From: a virus
Taxonomy: Duplodnaviria > Caudoviricetes
Virus record (IMG/VR): IMGVR_UViG_3300012352_000260
Location: 1-33,668 of that record
Direction: 5' to 3' (one strand)
Length of the DNA stretch: 33,668 bases
The position numbers and the translations under genes are program-made. Below, in pieces: positions 1-8,065 of the stretch (within the stretch, counting starts at the first letter, position 1; each line of letters starts with the position of its first letter). Under the pieces are notes generated by a model. That model was not told the origin of the DNA. It did no database searches and saw nothing but the letters and a program-made list of their open reading frames with translations.

Positions 1-2
1 AT

Positions 3-110
3 GACTTTGAATTGTGGAAAGCAGGATGCAAAGCGGAGGCATACAAATTGTTTTGCCATCAGTTGGCTGATATGGATATGACATTAGATGAAAACGGACA
101 AATAAATTAA
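3..110 (+). CDS. 3' end of a truncated hypothetical protein (...DFELWKAGCKAEAYKLFCHQLADMDMTLDENGQIN*)
   Basis: Open frame from the window edge to TAA at 108-110, directly before the next ATG at 115. Confidence 0.6.
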   Translation, partial: DFELWKAGCKAEAYKLFCHQLADMDMTLDENGQIN

Positions 111-114
111 ACTT

Positions 115-321
115 ATGAAAGCACAGGAAACAGAATTTGGCACATTGGTGCTGAAAGGATTAGAAAAAAAAGGAATGAGCCGGCAGGATTTGGCCGATGA
201 AATCAACACAACACATTCATCTGTTTGTAATTGGATAGCAGGGAAAATGGTTCCTAATATGATAACAGGATTGAGAGTGTGTAAAATGTTGGACATTGAT
301 GCAAATCAGATAATTCAGTAA
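115..321 (+). CDS. XRE/Cro-like helix-turn-helix transcriptional regulator
   Basis: KKGMSRQDLADEINTTHSSVCNWIAGKMVP matches the HTH_3 pattern; 68 aa. Confidence 0.85.
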   Translation: MKAQETEFGTLVLKGLEKKGMSRQDLADEINTTHSSVCNWIAGKMVPNMITGLRVCKMLDIDANQIIQ

Positions 322-346
322 ATAAACCTAAACCAATAACCGACAT

Positions 347-583
347 ATGAAAAAGAATTTGATTCTAACAGCAGTTTTTATCACGATTGGATCAATTGTA
401 TGTATTGCAATTAATCAGGTCAGAAAGCAAAGGAATGGTGGCAAAAAACAAGTAATTGCCAAACGTTCGGAATTTAGTCAGGCATTTATGATGGATACAT
501 TCGAACCAATTGAGGATTTTGAAATGATTTACTTTGATGAAAGCAGGGGATTAGTTCAAATTAAACATAAGGGTAATCCCTGA
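347..583 (+). CDS. Hypothetical protein with N-terminal membrane anchor
   Basis: Hydrophobic LILTAVFITIGSIVCIAI followed by basic residues. Confidence 0.7.
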   Translation: MKKNLILTAVFITIGSIVCIAINQVRKQRNGGKKQVIAKRSEFSQAFMMDTFEPIEDFEMIYFDESRGLVQIKHKGNP

Positions 584-631
584 TTTATTTTAAAAATTAT
601 ACGGTTATAACCTGATTAAAACAAAACGATA

Positions 632-862
632 ATGAAAAATGAATTAGTAACGGTTTTTTTATCCCATAAATTTGGAAGACTAATTGAAGATATTTCAAAT
701 AAGAAAATTACAACGCAGGAACAATTAGATGTCGTTTGGAATAAAGTTTTTGACGAAGCAGTTAAAATTGAAAAAAAGCATATAAAAAAAGCATTTGAAA
801 TGGGAGAAAATACAATCACGTGGGATGCTGAGGAATACTACAACGAAACCTATATAAAATGA
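632..862 (+). CDS. Hypothetical phage protein
   Basis: A-rich leader; ATGA overlap with the next gene. Confidence 0.7.
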   Translation: MKNELVTVFLSHKFGRLIEDISNKKITTQEQLDVVWNKVFDEAVKIEKKHIKKAFEMGENTITWDAEEYYNETYIK

Positions 863-1137
863 AAAAATACAGAATAGTTGAAACAAAGACACCCACAATT
901 TCTACAAATTTAAGCGGTGTTTATAATTATATTCCTGAAATTGGATACAATTCTACATTTCACGTTGAGGAATATTTTTGCGACAAATTTTTGTGGATGA
1001 AATTTGAGGATTGGATTGAGGTAAAATTTGTGACTGAATATGGATATAAAGATAAATTTGTATCAATTGAACAGGCTGAAAAATTCATTGAATTTAGGGA
1101 AAAACAAAATGAAGTCAGCATTGTAAAAACCTATTAA
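859..1137 (+). CDS. Hypothetical phage protein
   Basis: Coupled ORF in the + strand gene run. Confidence 0.7.
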   Translation: MKKYRIVETKTPTISTNLSGVYNYIPEIGYNSTFHVEEYFCDKFLWMKFEDWIEVKFVTEYGYKDKFVSIEQAEKFIEFREKQNEVSIVKTY

Positions 1138-1149
1138 AACAAAACTATA

Positions 1150-1392
1150 ATGAAAACACCTAATAAAAATTTTGCAACGGTTTATACCGAAAATGGACAG
1201 CAATTTGTATTGGCAAAAGGGGGTTGGAAAATTCCTGATATTGTTAAAACAATTGTGACCGATGATTGTAAAGATGACATGGCAACCGTTGAAATCACGT
1301 TGAGATGCAATATTGTTGGCAATGCTGATGAGGCAAAGGCAATTTATGAGGCATCGAAATCTTGGGCAACATTTAATCCAAATGAGCAATGA
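1150..1392 (+). CDS. Hypothetical phage protein
   Basis: A-rich leader AAAACAAAACTATA-ATG; ATGA overlap downstream. Confidence 0.7.
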   Translation: MKTPNKNFATVYTENGQQFVLAKGGWKIPDIVKTIVTDDCKDDMATVEITLRCNIVGNADEAKAIYEASKSWATFNPNEQ

Positions 1393-1538
1393 GTATTTTG
1401 AAAAAAATGAAAAAGCAATGGTATTTGCTTAATAAAAATAATTATGAGGTTATTAAGCAAGAAAAAGAAAGGCAACAAGTCATAAATTTTTTTAAGGATT
1501 TAGGCAAAATTTATAATATTAAACCTTATAAAGAATGA
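1389..1538 (+). CDS. Small hypothetical protein (49 aa, MSILKKMKKQWYLL...), absent from the ORF track
   Basis: Fills the gap exactly, with ATGA overlaps at both ends (1389-1392 and 1535-1538). Confidence 0.65.
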   Translation: MSILKKMKKQWYLLNKNNYEVIKQEKERQQVINFFKDLGKIYNIKPYKE

Positions 1539-1960
1539 GAAACGAACACGAACACAGATTGCAAACGGTATTGGCAACATATTTGGATTTAAACAATTAC
1601 ACGTTTTTTGCAATACCAAATGGCGGACTAAGATCCAAAGCAGTTGCGGCCAAATTAAAGGCTGAGGGAGTCAAAGCCGGTGTGGCTGATTTATTGATAC
1701 TATTGCCAAACCAAACATTTCACGGCCTATTTGTTGAAGTCAAAATTGCAGGCAATTATCAACAGCCAAACCAAAAGGATTTCGAACAGAAAGCAAGGGA
1801 TTGCGGATATGAATACATAATTGTGCGTTCATTGGATGAGTTGATTGAAAAGCTAAAATATTATGAGGGGCAAAGATTTGTGGAACAAGACAAAATAATG
1901 AAAGCATACAGGGAAGGATACACAGATGGGAAACTTGAAAATCAAATGACAATACGATGA
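1535..1960 (+). CDS. VRR-NUC domain nuclease (PD-(D/E)xK; putative Holliday-junction resolvase)
   Basis: EHRLQ...FAIPNGG...EGVKAGVADL...LFVEVK...QQPNQKDF motifs. Confidence 0.9.
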   Translation: MRNEHEHRLQTVLATYLDLNNYTFFAIPNGGLRSKAVAAKLKAEGVKAGVADLLILLPNQTFHGLFVEVKIAGNYQQPNQKDFEQKARDCGYEYIIVRSLDELIEKLKYYEGQRFVEQDKIMKAYREGYTDGKLENQMTIR

Positions 1961-2184
1961 ATATTAACAGACAAAAGGCCATTGATTGGGCCAATGAAAA
2001 AATTGCTGATCCTGATTTCACAGAACAGCCAATCAAGGTGAATAAGTGGGAAACAATTCACAATCCAAAATTATTTCTGGAAACCTGTGTGGCCCGGCTA
2101 ACCTACGGATCAGAAAGGGAAAAAATTGTAGTTTATAACCGTGTACGCAATTTTAAAATTTTCTACAATGAAATTTCAAGATGA
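1957..2184 (+). CDS. Hypothetical phage protein
   Basis: ATGA overlap with the VRR-NUC gene. Confidence 0.7.
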   Translation: MNINRQKAIDWANEKIADPDFTEQPIKVNKWETIHNPKLFLETCVARLTYGSEREKIVVYNRVRNFKIFYNEISR

Positions 2185-2359
2185 GGATATATTTGTTCAC
2201 GGTGACATCAAATGTTCCGATGGCATAACACGTGAGGAGGCAATTGAAATTATTGAGGAAATACAGGAATTAATGATATTTCATAAAATCATAAAACTTG
2301 ATTTGTGCATTGATCCATATAAATTTCCACGTGAATTGTTGGACATAGGCAAACCATAA
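2168..2359 (+). CDS. Hypothetical phage protein (start re-assigned to ATG 2168, MKFQDEDIF)
   Basis: ATG with CTACA leader and a short overlap with the previous gene. Confidence 0.6.
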   Translation: MKFQDEDIFVHGDIKCSDGITREEAIEIIEEIQELMIFHKIIKLDLCIDPYKFPRELLDIGKP

Positions 2360-2404
2360 AAATACAAGGCAATAAATGGCCTGAATTGACAAAAAAACAA
2401 ACCG

Positions 2405-2791
2405 ATGAAAACTACAAAAGACAAAATTAGACTATTGACATTCTTTGCATTGTGCCAAAATATGTTGGATTTTATTGATGGATCGTGGCACGGACATCCG
2501 GCAAACAAACAGGCAGTTAAGATGGTGACAAAGCAAATGATTAGGGAGTTGGAAAAAACAATGGCCATATTATTCCCGGCAAACAGAAACGATGATCCAG
2601 AATTGCCAGATGCATTGGATACATTCCAAAATGCCTGCACAGCAATGGAGTCATTTTTTATGCTTGGAATGGAAATGGATCAAATGGATGATACAAAGAA
2701 AGATTCATTGAATACACAGATTAATATTTTGCTAAAATCATACGGAATTGATTGTTGGGAAAAACCAATGTCAAACCTATGGAAAAATTAA
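2405..2791 (+). CDS. Hypothetical phage protein
   Basis: 128-aa ORF with an A-rich leader. Confidence 0.75.
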   Translation: MKTTKDKIRLLTFFALCQNMLDFIDGSWHGHPANKQAVKMVTKQMIRELEKTMAILFPANRNDDPELPDALDTFQNACTAMESFFMLGMEMDQMDDTKKDSLNTQINILLKSYGIDCWEKPMSNLWKN

Positions 2792-2864
2792 ATAAATTTA
2801 CAACGCAGTTGGGTGATGAATAACTGCCGGATCAAAAGCACATTTTTCCCTAAACAACAAAAAA

Positions 2865-3095
2865 ATGAATTACGTTGAACCTCACGAAAAGGTTGATTTG
2901 GTTAATCAGCCTCCGCACTACAAATCAGCAGGCGGTATTGAATCCATTGAAGTTATTGAATCATTTGAATTAGGCTTCAATCTTGGAAACGCAATCAAAT
3001 ACATATTGAGATGTAATAAGAAAGGCAATAAAAAGCAGGATCTTGAAAAGGCTCAGTGGTATATCAATCGCGAATTGAATCAATTTAAAGGATAG
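2865..3095 (+). CDS. DUF3310-family protein
   Basis: DLVNQPPHY...IESIEVIE...GFNLGNAIKYILR...KG..KQDLEKAQWY signature. Confidence 0.9.
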   Translation: MNYVEPHEKVDLVNQPPHYKSAGGIESIEVIESFELGFNLGNAIKYILRCNKKGNKKQDLEKAQWYINRELNQFKG

Positions 3096-3103
3096 CATTA
3101 AAC

Positions 3104-3205
3104 AGTCAGGTGGCGGAATAGGGGGATCATTCCTCGCGGCAGACGCAGCGCAATTAGGTTCGAATCCTAATAATTGGTGCAGGTTCGAATCCTGTCCTGA
3201 CTACA
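3104..3205 (+). tRNA. Atypical tRNA-like element (nominal anticodon CGA/Ser; possibly not used in translation)
   Basis: Acceptor stem AGTCAGG 3104-3110 / CCTGACT 3196-3202; D-arm TGGCGGAAT...GGCAGACGC; T-arm GCAGG-TTCGAAT-CCTGT 3179-3195; D-loop insertion; anticodon arm resembles a second T-arm. Confidence 0.6.
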
Positions 3206-3260
3206 ATACATTTACAACAAACCGTTTTGTTAATCAAAATGGACAAAAAATTAAGGACAA

Positions 3261-3833
3261 ATGATAGAACACGTAAACATTAAATTGGTTATTCCTCATC
3301 CAAATAACCCTAGATTGATCAAGGATGACAAATTTAAAAGACTTGTTAAGTCGATCAAAGACTTTCCTGAGATGCTTGAATTGCGTCCTATTATCGTGGA
3401 CGAATTTATGATTGTCTTGGGCGGTAATATGCGCCTGAGAGCGTGTCAAGAGGCCGGCCTGAAAAAAGTGCCGATCATCAAAGCGTCTAATTTGACGCCT
3501 GAGCAGCAGAAAGAATTTATCATCAAGGACAACGTAGGGTTTGGAGAATGGGATTGGGATGCTTTGGCAAATGAATGGGATGCAGAATTATTAGCAGATT
3601 GGGGGCTTGACGTATGGCAAAACAACGATGAGCCTGATTATTCAATTCTTGATTCTGAGGATCTAACAGATCAGCTAGGCGATATGGCCGGCGGCGTACG
3701 CAAGGCGATCCAAATTGAATTTGAGCCTGAGCATTATGAGGAGGCGCAAGAATTGGTTAAATTTTGGAGAGGCCGCGAATTATACATTGGTGGATTCTTA
3801 ATGGAGAAATTGAAAGAAGAGAAATTGAAATAA
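3261..3833 (+). CDS. ParB/Srx-like N-terminal domain protein heading the DNA-modification operon
   Basis: PHPNNPR...LVKSIKDF...RPIIVDE..IVLGGNMRLRA...IIKDN..GEWD motif series. Confidence 0.9.
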   Translation: MIEHVNIKLVIPHPNNPRLIKDDKFKRLVKSIKDFPEMLELRPIIVDEFMIVLGGNMRLRACQEAGLKKVPIIKASNLTPEQQKEFIIKDNVGFGEWDWDALANEWDAELLADWGLDVWQNNDEPDYSILDSEDLTDQLGDMAGGVRKAIQIEFEPEHYEEAQELVKFWRGRELYIGGFLMEKLKEEKLK

Positions 3834-4426
3834 TGTGTTCAATCATTGGTTTTTCGGGTGTTTACAATCGCGATCTATTGACGAAAGTCTTTGAGAACAG
3901 CAAAATTAGGGGGATCCATAGCTTTGGATTCTCCTATTATGACGCAGGAAAACTATTGACTAACAAATTTCTTGATTATGATCAGTTCGTTTCAGCATTA
4001 CACCAAAAAGCGCCTAACAAATTTATTGCCCATTTTAGGTACAGTACCTCAGGCGATTATAAGGAAATTGACAACAATCAACCGTTATCAGACGGCAAAA
4101 CATCGATTGCTTTCAACGGCGTTATATCGCAGAAAACAAAGGCCGAAATGGAACAGGAATACAATATGTCGCTTCAAGGAGATAATGACGGCTATTTATT
4201 GCTACACAAAATGGACGATCCTGCGTTTTTATCTAGCAAATCAATCACGTTTGCAATGGTTGGTTTATCAGGCGGTAAATTGGTAGCAATGAAAAACTCA
4301 AAGAGGCCATTGTATATTGCTGATAAGGACGGAACGCAATTAATAGCAAGCACGAATGATATTATGAAGCGCTCAGGGATTGATTTTGCGGTTGAATTGT
4401 CAAATCTTAAAAAGATAGCATTTTAA
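3833..4426 (+). CDS. Class II (Ntn-hydrolase) glutamine amidotransferase-like protein; true start 3833 (MCSIIG)
   Basis: TAATG coupling gives a Met-Cys N-terminal nucleophile; RGIHSFG, AHFRYST, NNQP, FNGVI and GDNDG motifs. Confidence 0.85.
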   Translation: MCSIIGFSGVYNRDLLTKVFENSKIRGIHSFGFSYYDAGKLLTNKFLDYDQFVSALHQKAPNKFIAHFRYSTSGDYKEIDNNQPLSDGKTSIAFNGVISQKTKAEMEQEYNMSLQGDNDGYLLLHKMDDPAFLSSKSITFAMVGLSGGKLVAMKNSKRPLYIADKDGTQLIASTNDIMKRSGIDFAVELSNLKKIAF

Positions 4427-5256
4427 TGTCACACATCGATTATGCTACATATCACCGGATGAGCCTTGAAGCAAAAGATATTGATCCGTCAATAACTTGT
4501 TTAAAATACCTTTCGGACAGGTTTGAACTCAATATTGAGCAACGGTATTGGATCGCGTTTTTGTACGGAACTTGCTATTGCGCGCCAACAGTGTTTTACA
4601 TCTACAACGAATTTCCGGATTTTGAATGCGTTGACGTGAATAGGCTTACTAATTGGTGGAATGCTAAAAAGGATAATTGTATTTTTCAAACCGATCGCCA
4701 AAGGATCAAATCTAACAATCAATTTGTTGATTGCTTCAAGTCTTATAAGGCGCTTGTCAAGAATAGTCAGCAAAACTATTTTCGCTCAAAGAATTGGCAG
4801 GAAATGTACAAGAAAATGGAGGCTATCAAGTATTTCGGTAGATTCAGTCTATTTAACTACCTTGACGTGTTAAATAACATTACAGACATTAATCATAAGC
4901 CAACCTACCTGAATATGCTTGAAGCGGAATCTTGCCGGAACGGGTTGGCATACGCCATTGATCGAATCGATCTAGTGGACAAGAAAATTACAAAGAATGA
5001 CGCCATTTTGTTACACAATTCATTTATTGATTTTTTACGGAAATATGACGGCAACGTATTTCAGATTGAAACTACACTTTGTGCTTATAAAAAATATCGC
5101 AGAGGCAGCCGGTATGTTGGATACTACATTGACAGGATGTACGGCGAAATTAAGAAAATGGAAGCGGCAGTAACAAACGGCGTTTATTGGAACGTTTTGT
5201 GGCAATTCCGTGAAGAAACTTTTGAAAGGAAATATCTGTATGAGTGTAAAAAATAA
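4426..5256 (+). CDS. Amino acid:DNA transferase family (aGPT-Pplase2/ADDT-like) DNA hypermodification enzyme
   Basis: DIDP..., RYWIAFLYG..Y, FGRFSLFNYLD, SCRNGL and IETTLCAYKK...RYVGYYIDR match my recollection of this family; TAATG coupling. Confidence 0.8.
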   Translation: MSHIDYATYHRMSLEAKDIDPSITCLKYLSDRFELNIEQRYWIAFLYGTCYCAPTVFYIYNEFPDFECVDVNRLTNWWNAKKDNCIFQTDRQRIKSNNQFVDCFKSYKALVKNSQQNYFRSKNWQEMYKKMEAIKYFGRFSLFNYLDVLNNITDINHKPTYLNMLEAESCRNGLAYAIDRIDLVDKKITKNDAILLHNSFIDFLRKYDGNVFQIETTLCAYKKYRRGSRYVGYYIDRMYGEIKKMEAAVTNGVYWNVLWQFREETFERKYLYECKK

Positions 5257-5746
5257 GGCGTTTTTTCTTGTAGGTAATTACGGATGCGGCAAATCGTCTA
5301 TAATTAAAGAAACCGTAACGCGGCAAGAAAGTATATTTTTGGAAATTAGGCCGAACGTTTGGGTTGTAGGCACGCAAATCAATGGCGCTGACAGTCTATC
5401 TCAATTCGCAAAAGAAAACGTCCTAAAAACAATAATTGAGAACAAGGACAAAAATGTTATCATTGCCGGGAACTACTATTGCCAAATCAAGGATATTGAA
5501 ATTTTAAATAAGCATTTCAGTGTTGTTTTGGTGTATTTAAAAACAACGTTCGAAAATAACGCAAAACGCATCGCTGAGCGCGGTAAACTGATAAACGTGG
5601 ACACGTTCAATAATAAATTGAAAAACCACATTTCAATGATAAGTAAAACAAACGGGTTGCGTAAATTGTACATAATTGATAATAATCAGCCTTTAAAGCA
5701 AACTAAACACGAATTTTTTAACATAATAGAAAATGAGATCAATTGA
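5240..5746 (+). CDS. P-loop nucleotide/DNA kinase associated with base modification; start re-assigned to 5240
   Basis: Walker A GNYGCGKS after a hydrophobic strand, G-x-D-x-L-S motif and lid R-x-x-x-R-G. Confidence 0.75.
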   Translation: MSVKNKAFFLVGNYGCGKSSIIKETVTRQESIFLEIRPNVWVVGTQINGADSLSQFAKENVLKTIIENKDKNVIIAGNYYCQIKDIEILNKHFSVVLVYLKTTFENNAKRIAERGKLINVDTFNNKLKNHISMISKTNGLRKLYIIDNNQPLKQTKHEFFNIIENEIN

Positions 5747-6512
5747 ATTAGTTAAAATAGAGCATAATGTTAAAATTGGCGATGTTTGCGGCGATATTGA
5801 GCCAAATATCACTGAGGACACAATTTTTTTGGTAAACGGGGAGCCTATTGGGTTCTACATCAAAAACATTGCAGATTATTCTGAGAGAGCCGCGCAATTA
5901 GTCGCGATCGCAAACACGGAATTTAGAAGCAAGAATGTACCCAAAAGTACAATGAACAGAACAAGCGGAGAACAAGGCAATACGGCAAGGGTTCAGCAAT
6001 TTAGCACAATCCTTGGTAGCGTTCCACCTAGACCACATATGAAGCGCCCATACCCGTCTATTTCATCGGTTCATCAGGTAAAAACAGCAAATACATTTAT
6101 CAAGGCAATGCTTATGCTTTGTAACGAAAGTGAGCAGATCATTAAAAAAATAGCGCCGAACATTTATGAAAAGCAGTTGGATATAATTAGCACAAACGTT
6201 GATAAAAAATGGCGATTTGGTAATTTATTCACGTCATCAATTTCAAATTACAATATCTCAGCCCCGTTCCACCGGGATGCAGGAAATTTTGAGGGATGTG
6301 TAAATGTTATCATTGCAAAAAAAGAAAACGCAAGCGGAGGCAATACAACCGTGCCTGACTACGGCGCAACGATGGATTCTTGCGACAATTCAATGTTGGT
6401 TTATCCTGCTTGGAGAAATGTGCACGGAGTTACGCCAATTATTCCGAAATTTGATGGCGGATACAGAAACAGTCTTGTGTTTTATCCGTTGAAAGCATTT
6501 AAAGGACTATAA
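5733..6512 (+). CDS. TET/JBP-family 2-oxoglutarate/Fe(II) dioxygenase
   Basis: FTSSISNYNISAPFHRDAGN (HxD), distal HGVT His and RNSLVFY 2OG-binding Arg. Confidence 0.85.
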   Translation: MRSIELVKIEHNVKIGDVCGDIEPNITEDTIFLVNGEPIGFYIKNIADYSERAAQLVAIANTEFRSKNVPKSTMNRTSGEQGNTARVQQFSTILGSVPPRPHMKRPYPSISSVHQVKTANTFIKAMLMLCNESEQIIKKIAPNIYEKQLDIISTNVDKKWRFGNLFTSSISNYNISAPFHRDAGNFEGCVNVIIAKKENASGGNTTVPDYGATMDSCDNSMLVYPAWRNVHGVTPIIPKFDGGYRNSLVFYPLKAFKGL

Positions 6513-6513
6513 T

Positions 6514-6879
6514 ATGGCAACCATAGCGCGCGTGACTAAAATGAACAAAAAGAAGATGCTTGAAGCATTGGAAAAATCGTTGGGGATCGTAACGACAGCC
6601 GCAAAGGCCGCCGGGATCGATCGCACAGTTCATTACGATTGGTTGCGCAATGATCCTGAGTACAAGACGGCCGTTGAATCATTATCAGATATGACGCTTG
6701 ACTTTGCTGAATCTCAATTACACAAGCAGATAAAGGAGGGAAATACAACAGCAACAATTTTCTATTTAAAGACCAAAGGCAAAAAACGCGGATACGTTGA
6801 GCGCACAGAGGTTGTACACGAAACCGGCATTGAATCTGCCATAATAGAATGGACACCGGCAACAATCGAAAACGAATAG
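6514..6879 (+). CDS. Terminase small subunit
   Basis: HTH (LGIVTTAAKAAGIDRTVHYDW) plus ATIFYLKTKGKKRGY; lies directly before TerL. Confidence 0.85.
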   Translation: MATIARVTKMNKKKMLEALEKSLGIVTTAAKAAGIDRTVHYDWLRNDPEYKTAVESLSDMTLDFAESQLHKQIKEGNTTATIFYLKTKGKKRGYVERTEVVHETGIESAIIEWTPATIENE

Positions 6880-8033
6880 GGCAGCAATGCAACGTTCAAT
6901 TTTTTCAGACGCTAAACAGCAACAAACGTATTAAGGTTCATCAGGGCGGTACACGTTCGGGGAAAACTTATGCGCTTTGTCAATACCTGATTTACAAATT
7001 AACGTCATCAAAAAAGCCGCTTGTTATTTCGATCGTCCGGAAAACATTGCCGGCCTTGAAAGGATCCGTACAACGCGATTTTCTTGAAATCCTAGACAAT
7101 TTAGGGATCCTGTTTATAGGGCAGCATAACAAATCAGAAAACACGTACACGTTCGGCAATCACGTTGTTGAATTTCTTTCAGTCGATGAGCCTCAGAAAA
7201 TTAGAGGCCGGAAACGAAATATATGCTACTGTAATGAGGTAAACGAACTTGATTATGAAGATTTCAGGCAATTATTAATGCGTACAACGGATGAGATGAT
7301 TTGCGATTTTAATCCGTCTGATCCTGTCCATTGGATCTACGATGACGTGATCACGCGTGACGATTGTGACAGTTGGATCTCAACCTACAAAGACAATAAA
7401 TTTTTACCTGCGGAGTTGGTAAACGAAATTGAGCGATTGCGTGAAAAAGATCCGGACTATTGGCGCGTGTACGGCGAGGGAAAACGTGCGGTGTTTAGTG
7501 ACAGGCAGATATTCCCTAATTGGAAATTTATTCCAAAGGCGGAATTTCCTGAATTTGATGACGTATTTTACGGCCTTGACTTTGGATTTAGTCACGATCC
7601 TACGGCGATCGTTCAGTTGGCAAAGGTTGGCGATAAATTGTTCATTCACGAAATTCTGTACAAGAAAGGAATGACAAACCGTGATATTGCAGACTTTTTG
7701 AAAGAAAAGAAAATAAATGAGCATATTATTTATTGCGAATCAGCTGAGCCAAAATCGATTGAGGAGTTGAGACAGATGGATATATTGGCAATTCCTGCGA
7801 TCAAAGGAGAGGGATCAATCAAGGCCGGAATCAGTTTGCTAAAAGAACACGAAGTGATTTGTTCAGCCGAATCGTCAAATTTGTTCAGCGAATTTCAGTT
7901 TTATTTTTGGGAGCAATTAAAGGACGGCACGATTGTAAACAAGCCGATCGACAAGCACAACCACCTTATGGATGCTATCCGGTACGGTGTTTATACCAAA
8001 TACAAAAATCGATCTGATTTTTTTGTAGTTTAA
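6849..8033 (+). CDS. Terminase large subunit (PBSX/SPP1-like)
   Basis: QGGTRSGKT Walker A, CYCNEVNE Walker B, DFNP, GLDFGFSHDP and NHLMDAIRY. Confidence 0.95.
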   Translation: MDTGNNRKRIGQQCNVQFFQTLNSNKRIKVHQGGTRSGKTYALCQYLIYKLTSSKKPLVISIVRKTLPALKGSVQRDFLEILDNLGILFIGQHNKSENTYTFGNHVVEFLSVDEPQKIRGRKRNICYCNEVNELDYEDFRQLLMRTTDEMICDFNPSDPVHWIYDDVITRDDCDSWISTYKDNKFLPAELVNEIERLREKDPDYWRVYGEGKRAVFSDRQIFPNWKFIPKAEFPEFDDVFYGLDFGFSHDPTAIVQLAKVGDKLFIHEILYKKGMTNRDIADFLKEKKINEHIIYCESAEPKSIEELRQMDILAIPAIKGEGSIKAGISLLKEHEVICSAESSNLFSEFQFYFWEQLKDGTIVNKPIDKHNHLMDAIRYGVYTKYKNRSDFFVV

Positions 8034-8065
8034 ATGTGTATTTTTGAGAAAAAAAAGCGATACAA

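Noticed and set aside
115-321. Lysogeny switch / prophage
   Set aside because: Only a short HTH gene is present. No integrase, divergent CI repressor, att sites or flanking host genes were recognised.
2779-2823. 14-codon ORF MEKLNKFTTQLGDE and GCAGTT/AACTGC hairpin
   Set aside because: Too short to support; it overlaps a promoter-like box and may be chance.
3764-3832. Longer upstream start for the amidotransferase (and similar extended starts at 5210, 10536, 12475, 20696, 27757, 32322)
   Set aside because: The extensions overlap upstream genes, terminators or promoters. The Ntn fold requires Cys directly after the initiator Met (3833).
3261-3833. Plasmid-type partition system or ParB-methyltransferase fusion
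   Set aside because: No ParA is present, and there are no SAM-binding or DPPY/PC motifs after the ParB domain.
3833-5746. 7-deazaguanine (dpdA/Gat-QueC) modification pathway
   Set aside because: No DpdA/TGT, FolE, QueC, QueD or QueE motifs were seen. The neighbours are a TET and an aGPT-Pplase2-like enzyme.
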